A DNA stretch of 53,571 nt, filler included, from Squatina squatina (GCA_031763465.1; 3 parts of 2 records of this genome joined end to end with filler, not necessarily neighbours in it); one strand, 5' to 3'. Shown: positions 12,891-25,446, numbered from the whole stretch's first letter. Translations and numbers: made by a program. Notes: generated by a model not told the origin, from the letters alone.

Positions 12891-13709
12891 TGTTGGCCAA
12901 TGGAGATTGGCTCCGTTTGCTATTTTTGGCATGAGGTGTGGGAGCTTGATGGCAACACGTGGAAGAGTTTTGGAGCTGTGATAAATATTTCTCGCCAAGG
13001 ATGGTTGTCCATGGACCGAGATACCTGACTGTACAATATGAACATTTGCATTTTGAAGTCAAATTAATATACTGAATTCTNNNNNNNNNNNNNNNNNNNN
13101 NNNNNNNNNNNNNNNNNNNNNNNNNNNNNNNNNNNNNNNNNNNNNNNNNNNNNNNNNNNNNNNNNNNNNNNNNNNNNNNNNNNNNNNNNNNNNNNNNNNN
13201 NNNNNNNNNNNNNNNNNNNNNNNNNNNNNNNNNNNNNNNNNNNNNNNNNNNNNNNNNNNNNNNNNNNNNNNNNNNNNNNNNNNNNNNNNNNNNNNNNNNN
13301 NNNNNNNNNNNNNNNNNNNNNNNNNNNNNNNNNNNNNNNNNNNNNNNNNNNNNNNNNNNNNNNNNNNNNNNNNNNNNNNNNNNNNNNNNNNNNNNNNNNN
13401 NNNNNNNNNNNNNNNNNNNNNNNNNNNNNNNNNNNNNNNNNNNNNNNNNNNNNNNNNNNAACCTGCTGTACTGAATACTTTACAGTTAAATGATGTGCAA
13501 AATCGCTGGAAAAACACCATTCAAGAAAGTACACATTAATTTAAGAATTAAAAAAATAATCTACAAAAATAGGAATATAAAGCGTCATAATTTTAAGTCT
13601 GTTATTGTTTAATGCAAGTATATGTCAAACGGATTCACGTTAATTAGAACACATTTCTAAACGCTAGGGTTGCATTATCTTCTCATTTCTAAAACTGTAT
13701 TTTTGACAG

Positions 13710-14524
13710 ATATCACATGCAAAGAAGACAAAGAGCTGCAGCTGAGTGACCTCGATGACTTTGATGCGATCGAGACAGAAAGTGATGAGTGTGAGTTGAA
13801 AGGCCCATTTCAGCAGATGGACAGCAATCAGATCAGGGTCTCAGAGTGCCCGACTGACCAGTGCAAGAAGGTCTCTTTAAAGATACCTCTGCCAACACCG
13901 GGAGATCGACATTCGGAAAAGGTCAAGGACTGTCTCAAGCGAGTGATGACTAACTCCGAGCAAGACCTAATAGCAGGAGGACAGAGAGGATGTGAGTCCA
14001 AGCTTTGCTTCCAGCAGCAACAACATAGTCAGCAGATGCTCGACAACAAGCCTCGGATCTGGTCCCTAGCTCAGACGGCTACTTCTTTGGGCCAAACTGA
14101 GTATCCATCTTGCATGTTGAAACGGCATCAGCAGACCATCTCCTCCTCGCCTCCCTTGACCTCTATGCCTACCAGCGTGGTGGACAGGCAGGATTCCCCA
14201 ATGACCACTTTAAGGAATTGGGTGGATGGGGTTTTCCACGACCCTCTATTCAGACACAGCACTTTGAACCAGGCTCTAACCAACACCACCGTTTCCTGGG
14301 CTAACACCAAAGGTGCTATCTTAGATACAGAGGCAATGGGGCGCTCTTTGGGAACTCCTACAAATATGATTAAAGGACAGATCCCAGGCTTACCCCAACA
14401 AGAAACTAATAAGGATCTCTCAGCATTTCCTAAAACAGGAAACAAAATGAATCCAATAAAAAGGACCAAACTATTAAAGGGGGGCGGGGGGGGGGAGGGG
14501 GCCTCAAGGCAAGCGATAAACTAA
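13710..14524 (+). CDS. irx4: Iroquois homeobox 4, last coding exon (acidic region, IRO box)
   Basis: Acceptor ttttgacag|AT (phase 1). Encodes KEDKELQLSDLDDFD, the IRO box KPRIWSLAQTATS (14048-14086) and the Irx4-type block LRNWVDGVFHDPLFRHSTLNQ. Stop TAA at 14522-14524. Confidence 0.92.
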
Positions 14525-14543
14525 CATGTTTTTCTAACTTCTA

Positions 14544-14652
14544 GGCCCCATTTTCACATTCAGGCTCCCCCTCCCGAAAGGAGTGGGTATGTCTTGGCCT
14601 GGTTTCCACCAGGCTTGGGATGGGGAGGGGGCAGGGATGTTAAAATTGAGCC
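14544..14652. mobile_element. Short MITE-like element
   Basis: Imperfect terminal inverted repeats ggccccattttcacat ... atgttaaaattgagcc around a GC-rich interior. Confidence 0.55.
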
Positions 14653-14829
14653 AATGGAATGAAAATCAGGCGGCTTCCATATAGGAGCGGATGATCCGCT
14701 CCTGCAGATTATCACTCTGGCAGTCTAAACAAAAATCCATCCCATTATTTCTCCTTCCATCTAATGCTTGCAACCAGTCCCAATTATAAAGTGCAGCAGC
14801 CAGTGGGACATTGCAGCAGATAGAAAGAA

Positions 14830-14976
14830 ATGAAAGAACTTGCATTTATATAGCACCTTTCATGACCTCAGGACATTCCCAAAGCACTTTACAGCCAACG
14901 AAGTACTTTTGAAGTGAAGTCACTGCTTTAATGCAGGAAACGCAGCAGCCAGTTTGTGCACAGCAAGCTCCCACAC
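14830..14976 (-). mobile_element. Deu-domain SINE (SacSINE1/AmnSINE1-like) 3' part
   Basis: Reverse complement reads gtgggagcttgctgtgcacaaactggctgctgcgtttcc...ggctgtaaagtgctttggg...gaaaggtgctatataaatgcaag, the Deu-domain end plus L2-like tail as I recall it. Confidence 0.8.
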
Positions 14977-15001
14977 ATAGTGCCCTGGGAGCTTTTACGT
15001 C

Positions 15002-15101
15002 NNNNNNNNNNNNNNNNNNNNNNNNNNNNNNNNNNNNNNNNNNNNTTAATTAATTAANNNNNNNNNNNNNNNNNNNNNNNNNNNNNNNNNNNNNNNNNNN
15101 N
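15002..15101. other. Artificial scaffold-joining linker
   Basis: 44 N + TTAATTAATTAA (stops in all six frames) + 44 N; an identical linker sits at 31616. Confidence 0.97.
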
Positions 15102-15607
15102 TCCAGTAGCCACAACTGGAGATATTTCCTACAGATTCTATCAACTATGCAAGAACAGTACCAGGGCTTTCCTATTGGCTCCACACATTCCTCCCAAAGA
15201 ACTATAAAAGTTTGTGTATGAAAGACATTTGGAGAGGCTAGGAATGAGGGAAAATGTGGTAGGCTTTTGCAAATAACATAGTCAGATTTTTCCAGTTCTT
15301 TGAGGCTGGAAATTTTGGCTTGGTAGTTTATTTCTGTGGAAGTGCCCTAAAGTTCTGTCGGTAAACTTTTTATTTGGCCACTTGCAAATCCTGCTGCCTT
15401 TAGGAAGGAATTATGAGATGAGATAGTGATTACATTACCACTGCTCTAGCTGTCTCATGGAGAGTAGGAGTTATGTGGATTGGGTTTCCAATTAATGATA
15501 TACCACATAACACCTTCTAAAAAGGAGTTTGATGATTACAAGATTGAAGATTACAAGGATAAGTAGAAAGTGGGTTTGATCAATTTTGTTGGTTTGATGG
15601 CTTGCAG

Positions 15608-16072
15608 AGACAGCTGCTGTTACCATCATTGGGGCAGAAAAAAGTCACTCTGCAGCCATAGCTCCAACTGCGCTGCGCAAGAGCATCCAGAAAACTGAAT
15701 CAGCAGCATCAGAGACTGATGGAAATGCTGCAGTTCAGAGAGCCTCTGCAACCACATCACTCCAGAGCAGAAGTGACAAAAAGGTCAAGCTGGTTGAAAG
15801 TGAGCTGCAAGGAGCAGAAGGGGATTCATATCAGTCCAGGGTGGAGCTGTCTTTGGATTCCTCTGACAGAGAGCACAGTGGAAGGGAGGCTTCCACGTCT
15901 GAAGTTGGCAGTGGGTGTGCTGACTCTCTGGCTGAAGAGGGACAGTCAAAAACACGTAACACGCCTCCTTTCTCCATCGGAATTTCATCAGAGGGAACAG
16001 AGCACGGATCAGAAGAGACACGCTCTGGGAAGGATTTGGCAAGAACCCACAAACATCGGGCTAGGCAAGCCA
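15608..16072 (+). CDS. synpo2: Synaptopodin-2 internal exon (...GKDLARTHKHRARQA)
   Basis: Open frame from acceptor cttgcag|AG to donor GCCA|gtgagt (465 nt, phase 1-1). Splices in frame to 17932 giving HKHRARQAKIRRSESLSEK, like SYNPO2 HKHRARHARLRRSESLSEK. The 5' boundary is less certain. Confidence 0.8.
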
Positions 16073-17931
16073 GTGAGTTCAACTGTTGTGGTAAATTTAC
16101 ACAAAAGGGAATGTTGCACTGTTCATTTTTTCCCCTAGTAAGATATCTAACAGAGAGCCAAGAANNNNNNNNNNNNNNNNNNNNNNNNNNNNNNNNNNNN
16201 NNNNNNNNNNNNNNNNNNNNNNNNNNNNNNNNNNNNNNNNNNNNNNNNNNNNNNNNNNNNNNNNNNNNNNNNNNNNNNNNNNNNNNNNNNNNNNNNNNNN
16301 NNNNNNNNNNNNNNNNNNNNNNNNNNNNNNNNNNNNNNNNNNNNNNNNNNNNNNNNNNNNNNNNNNNNNNNNNNNNNNNNNNNNNNNNNNNNNNNNNNNN
16401 NNNNNNNNNNNNNNNNNNNNNNNNNNNNNNNNNNNNNNNNNNNNNNNNNNNNNNNNNNNNNNNNNNNNNNNNNNNNNNNNNNNNNNNNNNNNNNNNNNNN
16501 NNNNNNNNNNNNNNNNNNNNNNNNNNNNNNNNNNNNNNNNNNNNNNNNNNNNNNNNNNNNNNNNNNNNNNNNNNNNNNNNNNNNNNNNNNNNNNNNNNNN
16601 NNNNNNNNNNNNNNNNNNNNNNNNNNNNNNNNNNNNNNNNNNNNNNNNNNNNNNNNNNNNNNNNNNNNNNNNNNNNNNNNNNNNNNNNNNNNNNNNNNNN
16701 NNNNNNNNNNNNNNNNNNNNNNNNNNNNNNNNNNNNNNNNNNNNNNNNNNNNNNNNNNNNNNNNNNNNNNNNNNNNNNNNNNNNNNNNNNNNNNNNNNNN
16801 NNNNNNNNNNNNNNNNNNNNNNNNNNNNNNNNNNNNNNNNNNNNNNNNNNNNNNNNNNNNNNTGAATTGCAGAAACAATAGAATCCCTTTAGAGATTATA
16901 AGCATTTAATTGAATCCATCCAAGATTTACAGTGTTAGCAGCAAGTGAAATAATAAGTAGTCTGATTGAAATGCTCCCCAAATGTAATAATCTTCAAATT
17001 TTTCACCTGGTGTACAAAAGCAGTTTACACAATATTTTAAAATTGAGTTGTATCAAGTAACTACAAGAGTTAAAAACTAAATACAACTATCTCGTTGATG
17101 AGAAATTTAAAGGTAATTACTTCCCTTAAAAGTGTTTTCTTAAAATACTAAAGAGAGTAATTAACTATATATATATCCCACCATATTGTGGTAGTTTATA
17201 TAATAAACACTGTAAAATTTCTCCTATACAGATATCTATTGTCTCTGCTTGAAAAGGAAATGGCTTCAAGCAGGCCATTTTTAATACCTATCCTCCATTA
17301 AAAACATAGAATTTAAGACACAATATAAAATGATACAATATAAATCTATTTAAGTTTAAAAAGAATTAAATGTTTATTCCTATTCATTAATATTCCAATA
17401 TTATGGCACCCACAAAAAACAATTACAGTTCAAATGCATATGTATAATTAGCATACATTCTCTGAGATATTCAACAGGTTTTTTATCTCTTTTCTAAGCC
17501 TCGAATTTACTGTAGTGTAAAATAATACCAGTTCAAAAATTGCAAAGTTATCTTCCAAAATGATAGAGCATGATATCTCCTGTACTGTATATACTGCAAA
17601 GTTGGGTGTATTGAATTATCTCATAGTTAAGAAATAAAATCATAGTAGAATACTTACTTTCCCTTTTGTTATTATTACATTTCTGTAAAATCTTTACAGG
17701 CAAATTGTTGATTTTAAATGGTTGGGTCTCATTAAAAACACTACTTTTACTTCAGGTGAAGTGGAGTTATTCATATTGACTCATTAACTCAAACATATTC
17801 ATTTATCCTAAGAAGCCAGATTATCATAGAAATTGAAGGTTTCACTTTCAAATTTATTTTTCAACACTGATATTTTATTAACAGATACTGTGTGCAATTT
17901 TTAAAACCTGTGTTTGATATGTTTCCGATAG

Positions 17932-20144
17932 AAATCCGACGGAGTGAAAGCCTGTCGGAAAAACAGGTTAAAGAAGCCAAGTCGAAGTGCAAAAGCATTG
18001 CCTTGCTGTTGACAGCAACTCCTACTCCCAGCTCCAAGGGGGCGTTAATGTTTAAGAAGCGTCGGCAGAGGGCAAAAAAGTATACTTTGGTCAGCTACGG
18101 CACTGGGGAGTTCGATCCTGACGACGATCAAGAAGACTCCATAGAATTCACTTTGGTACCAACCAGTGACTCTGATCTGGAAGAAGATTTTTGTGCCGAT
18201 GTCAACTCAGCCCAGGTTGTGACGTTTGATTGGGACACAGGTTTAGTGGAAGTCGAGAAGAAGGAAAAGACGGGGGACGAAATGCAGAGATTACCAGATA
18301 CCAAGGGCAAAGGTGCCTTATTGTTTGCCAAGAGGAGGCAGAGGATTGATCAATACACAGCTGAGCAAGAGGAAATGAGGAGAGCAGGAGTATCTGAAGC
18401 TGCCTCTAATCACTCTGCAAAAATGGAAGGTTATTACCAAACAACAAAAAGCAATGTTAATGAGGCATCAATCACAATGCAAAATCATGCCACAGAAAAT
18501 TATAGCGATGTAAGTAAATTACATGGAATAGAAAATGTAAGTGGAGTGAGAGGGAGATCTGAAATGGTTATCCAGAACTTGAAGTCTGCTGAAGACAATA
18601 GAGCAGGTGCGACGAACAGAACAGCTACACCATTCCCTGGTGTGCAAAACCGAGCTGCAGCTCCTTTTTCTCCTGCAAGAAATGTGGCAAGCTCCTTGTC
18701 AGAATTACCTCCCCCACCCACCTACTCTACCATCAGCCCGCCACCTGACAATATCTACCGGGGTGCATCTCCTCCTTTGGCTACCATAGCTCAACCAGCC
18801 ATATGGTCACCAACGGGAATTGCAGGAGAGCAGATAGCATCCAGAGATGAGAGGATCTGTGTACCTGCAATAAAAACTGGTATTCTGCAAGATGCAAGAA
18901 AAAGGAACACCTCAAAGCCCATGTTCACTTTCGTTGATCGCCCTAAGGTAGCTCCAAATCCAGAACTCCTGTCCATGGTCAAAGGTAAGACAGACAGACG
19001 TAGAGGAGTAGATCATCCTGGTGGAGGTTTTGAGTCAGGACCTGAAGAAGATTACCTTAGTTTAGGTGCAGAAGCATCAAATTTTTTACAGACCCCAACA
19101 ATAAAGCAGAAGACTCCACCTCCAGTTGCACCAAAGCCATCTGTTAAGAGCCTTCCTACTGGGGCAACCCCAATGTTACCACCGTTGTCACCTGCAGAAG
19201 TAACCCATGCTCAAGCTCCAGTCTTTCCTTCTGGAAGCATTAACCAGATGCCAGTAAAATCACATTCAGTTCAACCTGTTAATACGCGGTACCAGTCCCA
19301 AGGTGCTGCTAACCAGTTTATATCTTCAGCAGGATCCCAATCAGTAACATCAGCACATTCATATGCTTCAAAAACACCTCCCACAACTCCCATAGCAAAT
19401 TCTGGACCAGCTGGAGGTATGGGTCCAGCCTATGAGATGCCAGCTTTGAAAGGTAAAGGAGCACAGTTATTTGCAAGGAGGCAGTCTCGAATGGAGAAAT
19501 TCATAGTAGACTCATCAACAGTCAAAGCCAGACAACCACGGTCATCATCCCCTACCCCTTCCATGCCAGCTTCTTGGAAGTATTCATCTAATATAAGAGC
19601 ACCTCCCCCTTTGGCTTATAACCCTATCCATTCTCCATCTTATCCTCCTGGCATTTTGAAAGCACAAGCACAATCTGCATCTTCATCTAAGTCAAGTAAA
19701 GGTGCCAAAGGTAAAAGCACCAAAAAACCTCTCAATGCTTTGGATGTCATGAAGCACCAACCATATCAGCTTAATCCATCTTTGTTCACTTTTTCATCCA
19801 CTCCTGATGCTAAGGCACCTCTATCCACAAGCTCATCACTTTCTAAGCAGTCTATAAAGTCTGATCCTGTCCCACTTCAACCAGTTAATGCTGCATATCC
19901 TGTTTTTAAGAGTGTCTCATCTGTGCCAACAGGACCATCTTTCAATCAAGCTAATACAGCTCCTGCTGATGAAGAGTATGTCTATCCTTCTGGAAAGAAT
20001 GCCTTTGTGCCTCCAAGTTATGCATCATACCCAAAGCAAGAACCATCAGCTCTGTCAGCTGCTATGGCGCCAAGACCGAAGTTTTCAGCAAAGAAAGTTG
20101 GAGTTACAGCACAGGTGTGGAAACCCTCCACAATAGTGGAGTAA
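17932..20144 (+). CDS. synpo2: Synaptopodin-2 (myopodin) large exon; read-through ends VWKPSTIVE*; internal donor after 20114 for alternative C-termini
   Basis: Acceptor tttccgatag|AA and a 2.2-kb open frame with RRSESLSEKQVKEAKSKCKSIALLL, KYTLVSYGTGE, PPxY (PPPPTY, 18708-18725), FESGPEEDYLSLGAEA, WKYSSNIRAPPP and LDVMKHQPYQLN. Donor CAG|GTGTGG at 20114/20115. Confidence 0.96.
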
Positions 20145-21961
20145 TGTAATTGTTGAAAGACAACATTAATTTTTCTTTCTGGTATTTATATTTAATTTTG
20201 CTATGGTGTAGAACTGGAATTATTGGCAGTTTAAAGAGGTGCATTATTTTCTACCCNNNNNNNNNNNNNNNNNNNNNNNNNNNNNNNNNNNNNNNNNNNN
20301 NNNNNNNNNNNNNNNNNNNNNNNNNNNNNNNNNNNNNNNNNNNNNNNNNNNNNNNNNNNNNNNNNNNNNNNNNNNNNNNNNNNNNNNNNNNNNNNNNNNN
20401 NNNNNNNNNNNNNNNNNNNNNNNNNNNNNNNNNNNNNNNNNNNNNNNNNNNNNNNNNNNNNNNNNNNNNNNNNNNNNNNNNNNNNNNNNNNNNNNNNNNN
20501 NNNNNNNNNNNNNNNNNNNNNNNNNNNNNNNNNNNNNNNNNNNNNNNNNNNNNNNNNNNNNNNNNNNNNNNNNNNNNNNNNNNNNNNNNNNNNNNNNNNN
20601 NNNNNNNNNNNNNNNNNNNNNNNNNNNNNNNNNNNNNNNNNNNNNNNNNNNNNNNNNNNNNNNNNNNNNNNNNNNNNNNNNNNNNNNNNNNNNNNNNNNN
20701 NNNTCTTTGTTTAGATTCCTACTGTTTTGGGGTGTCAAAACAGTAGGATACTTAAAATGTAACTTCTCTCTTCTAAAAAGAACATAAGTCATCTCAACTC
20801 ATGTTTTTTTTAAATCAGCTTACTTTTCAAGTGAAGAGGTGGACAGAAAAATACTAATAATTCCAGTCCAGAAGTATATTGCCTTAAAACGCATTGTTAG
20901 GATGAGGTAAAAGGAGAGATGTATGATTATGTAAAGTTCCTTCACAATAGATTTTGGGCAATCTGTGCTGGCCTAATGAAAATCTTCAGGTCTTCAGAGA
21001 CTCAAGAAAAAGAATAAGTAAGGAAGGATGCATAAAAGCGAAAGTACTTTTACTAGAATCAAATGAAATATGTGGATCAATTTTGATGCAGAAACTTTAA
21101 TTACCTCTATGATTTCACAGAAAATGTGCATAATGATTTGACAGATTATACGGTATTCAGTAAGCAAAGAAGGAATCTGCAAAAGGTGGCTCTGTTTGGT
21201 GGTGTGATACTAGGACAGAGTTTCTGTCTCTTTTTCAAACAATGGGGCTCCCACTGCAACAGCAGGAACCTTCTAGACAAACACCAAAAGGGCTGTAAAC
21301 CAGAGAGCCAGTAAACCAGTTTCAGGTATCATTTTTGGCAAGTTTTTTTTCTTTGTATGCACAATGTGTAAGGATTGAATGAATTCTGCTTAGTACTAGT
21401 CTGAAGATTGCAGCAACATTAAAGGTATGTCTTACCAGTATCAAGAATGCTTTAGAACATCAGTTCAATTAATTCAACTTCACTTTTCTGCTCTAAGACA
21501 TCTTTGTGGCTTTAATGTGCTTTTACTATAATCTTTTCTTTTATTGTATTTTAGCTGTTTTCACTTCTGCTGTTTATTATAGGTTGCAAGGAAGGTTTCA
21601 GTATCATCCAAATAAACAGCAATGCAAATTGTGAAACACAATTTAAAGTTCTATCCTTCATCCTGCCAAAGTCATCACACATATTGGCTTTACTTCCAGA
21701 AAAAAATACACGCTTAAGTACTTATATATAGACTTTTCTTGCCGATGGATGATACCAATAGCCTCACGACTTGTGACTTTCTTTAATTTCTCAGTATAAT
21801 TTCTTCCTGTCCTGTACTTGCTGTATTCTTCTCCACTGTACTATTAAAATCCCTCTTTTGTNNNNNNNNNNNNNNNNNNNNNNNNNNNNNNNNNNNNNNN
21901 NNNNNNNNNNNNNNNNNNNNNNNNNNNNNNNNNNNNNNNNNNNNNNNNNNNNNNNNNNNNN

Positions 21962-22143
21962 AGGGAAGATTCCTTTCCCTAAAGGACATTAGTGGACTAG
22001 ACAATCCAGTAGTTTCATGGTCACCATTACTGATACTAAATTTATTTATTTAACTGAATTTAAATTCCCCAGCTGCCGTCATGGGATTTGAACTCACATC
22101 TCTGATCATTAGTCCAGTGACATAACAACTATGCTACCATACC
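21962..22143 (-). mobile_element. tRNA-derived SINE 5' portion
   Basis: Reverse complement begins ggtatggtagcatagttgttatgtcactggacta, with B-box GTTCAAATCCC followed by a cagctggggaatttaaattc body. Confidence 0.75.
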
Positions 22144-24144
22144 TATTGATTGACAAACAGGTATCATGCACCCGTGGTCTCTATGCTTCTAACCTTCCAC
22201 TCTTCATTCCTTTCCCAATAAAGGTGGCACAGATGAATGCCTTAAAATGAAGGCATCATGAGAGCTTCTGGGGAAAGTAGGCATTGACTTGTATAATTTT
22301 GCGTTGGTGGTCATATGCCATGCTCATGTTGAGATTTAAAAGAAATCCTTTTTGAGTTAAGTAAGGCATGTACAAGAGCCCAAACAGAGCCACTGCCAAG
22401 TGCCCAGTCACTGCACTGACCCTGGTAATTAACTATAACTATAAACCCTTCCTACAAGCCTTCTATAGTCATCATTTATCATTTTTTCTCTTTGACCTCA
22501 AAGGCAATATCTTCTCCCACAGGAAGGGTGAAGTGGAAGTGCAATTATGATTTACATTTCCTCTTCCTCCATCATTGCCAATAATCTAATCATTTTTAGA
22601 CAAGAAATTCTGAACTAGCCACTCGGCATTGATTTCCACTTTTGCCAGCCTGCAGAAAATTAGAATTGATTGTTTGCTTTTAAAATGTTAAATGATATCA
22701 CTGTTATCATTTAGTTTCCTTCACAACACTCTACTCACACACAACGTAAAACTTAGCTTCCATTGGTGGGCCTGTGCTTCCTATGAACTGAGACTTGATC
22801 TTCTGCATGAAGTGAGCAAGATAGCAATGCCATCAGGTATAAAATTGGGGTATGCACAGGAAAAAGTGCTGGCTGCCCATTGTACCATCCAATTTTCCCC
22901 AACAGACGTAAAAGAACATGCTGTCACATCCTGCGGTTCAGCTAAAATAACTTATGTATTTATTAGGAGTAAAGAGTCAATATATAAGCAAAGTAGATTG
23001 TCAGACTAATTCATAAAATCGATCTTAAATAACTTTCCTGTGTAATTCTATTATTTCTCACCATGGTTTGCTTCATAGTGTCTTCGAATGTTGTACACCA
23101 TTGGTACACTGACCCGTTAGTCACAAATTGAGCACGTGGGCTTTCCATTCATGCCCACAAGGAAACATGCAATTCTATTTCTCCTAAAACACTAAAGCAC
23201 TCTTGATTTACCTTTCTCTTGCCTATTCTCAATGTCGATGTCTTGTTCTGTGGACCTTGCCCTGGCTTTGGTAATGGGTAATGTTGGGTATTGCCCAGCA
23301 TTGCATTTGAGTTTTTCAAAATTGAGGTGTTCTGTATTTTAGAGTAGACTTCTCAGCAAAGTTTTATAAGAACAGAGCCCAGCAAGACTTGAGCAGCCTC
23401 CATTTAAATATAGCAAATCCAAGGCAGTCTTCCTCTTTTAAAACTGATGGTGTCCTGCCCTCCTTTTCTCTCTTTACAGGTCACTGGCTACATGTTGTCT
23501 TCCCGAACAGACCGCAGCATCGTTTGGGCCGGTCCCATAGCCACTTACAGTTCATTTCATGATCACCCAGTAGATGGCAGGATTCTACAAGGAAAGCTGG
23601 TCATTATTATTTTCAGACACTGTATTTTGCTTGTAGATAATAGTTCATTTGCTGAGGTATTTTGAACCAGAACAGAGCTGGGGTGACGAGCAGCTTAGTC
23701 AGGACTTTAAAGTTACACATCATATACTTGTCTATTTGAGATACAAGGTTGTCTCGTGGCCTTCAATGTCTATGGCTGCAGGTCAAGAAGTATAATCTAC
23801 GATTTACCAATGTAACCACAATTACTGACACTGGGAACCCGGATTTAGTTCTTCAATTGTACTTCATAATATCCAACATTAGAAATCACAAGGGGATTTT
23901 ACATCTGGGGTCCTCTGTGTCCTACTAAAGAGAAATCCAAACTTGTTAAACCAGGTTACTGATTGGCTCTCACTGCCCGTCAGGCCAAGAGCTATTACTG
24001 CAGCTTTGCAGCTGTGCTACAGTGACCTCCGTGTACAATTCAACTTCAGCAGTGGGGCAAATTGGCTAGTCGATACACTACCACCACTACTGTGCCCTCA
24101 CTGAAGTTAAATTTTACCCCCATGTCGTGTGCCATTACAGTTGT

Positions 24145-24270
24145 GTCAACTTGGCTCAGTTGATAGCACTCTCAGTCACAGGTGTAAAATCAAACTGTAA
24201 TCGAGCACTTGAGCATATTCTAGGCTGACAATTCAGTACAGTACTGATGGAGAGTTACATTGTCAGGAGT
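24145..24270 (+). mobile_element. Degenerate tRNA-headed (Deu-type) SINE 5' portion
   Basis: A-box tggctcagttgatagcactctc, followed by cttgagcatattctaggctgaca...cagtactgatgggag. Confidence 0.6.
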
Positions 24271-25446
24271 TCTAGGGTGGTCATACCATGAATTTCTAAC
24301 TGCAAAATACAGTTTGTGACATGGTGGGTGAGTGCCTTTAAAAAAAAATCAACTTGTCTTAAATGCGACACACAGAGGAAAGTCAGCCAGACATCTTTTT
24401 CCACTGGCTGCATTTTCTATCAGTCAGGGCAGGTTCCTCGATGTTTCTTTCCACATTTTCACTGCCATTTCCAACCTCTCGAAAGTTGCAGGCCCTTTGT
24501 TGTTGCAGCAAGACTTTCTTGTTTTAATGGCCCATTCAGTAGAGATTCAGAGAAAAATGTTTTTTAAAGTTTTTTTTTAAAAAACACACTTTGAGAGATT
24601 CAGATTAGTCATAAACAACCTCACTAGTAAATATTTGCTCTCTATCAAAACACAGTATTAAACTTGCACTCCAATAATACTTCTCACAATCAAACACAAG
24701 CTCACACAGCTATGCAACCAAAGTCATCACATAACTCACTTCAGACATTATATAAATATTCAAGAGGCTTCAGTTTGATTCTGAATCAAAATATTATCCA
24801 AGCGAATAGTAAACTCCAGTATAGAACATTCAAATTACTCCTTTAACTGTGTATACATTAAACACAGAGTGAATTTATACCCTTAACTCGCAACTCTCAG
24901 GCTTCACTATTTTATTTTTATGATCACAAAATTGTCTTCACATTCTCAGATTTGACCCCGCCAGTACGTTCTATACACTCAACGTAAAACCACTGTNNNN
25001 NNNNNNTGTACCCCTATCGTGCTGAGAACATACAACAGGATGTGAAAACACAAAATACACACACCTTCAAGTTCATCACTGAACTTGGCTTTCATTTTGT
25101 AGATTTAAGCACTTGGGGAGGGCTATCAAATATTTAGAAATGTGAAAGATACAATATAGCTACTGTAATCATCTTACATAAAAATGATTTTTAATATTTT
25201 CCTACAAAAACACAGCACAAATTACCTGAACATACGATTACAAAAAAAAACTGGGGATGTGTTGTCCTCTACAGGCTCTGTTAGATTAAAGTCCACCCGG
25301 CTTATATTATAGTTTGCTCAATAATACTCTCCAAGCTTGGATCAGTNNNNNNNNNNNNNNNNNNNNNNNNNNNNNNNNNNNNNNNNNNNNNNNNNNNNNN
25401 NNNNNNNNNNNNNNNNNNNNNNNNNNNNNNNNNNNNNNNNNNNNNN

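Noticed and set aside
15046-15057. TTAATTAATTAA palindrome as a biological site
   Set aside because: It is flanked by exactly 44 N on each side, twice in the window: a synthetic linker.
13710-20144. A heart/muscle gene cluster of irx4 with synpo2 and myoz2
   Set aside because: irx4 is on a different scaffold, separated by the artificial linker.
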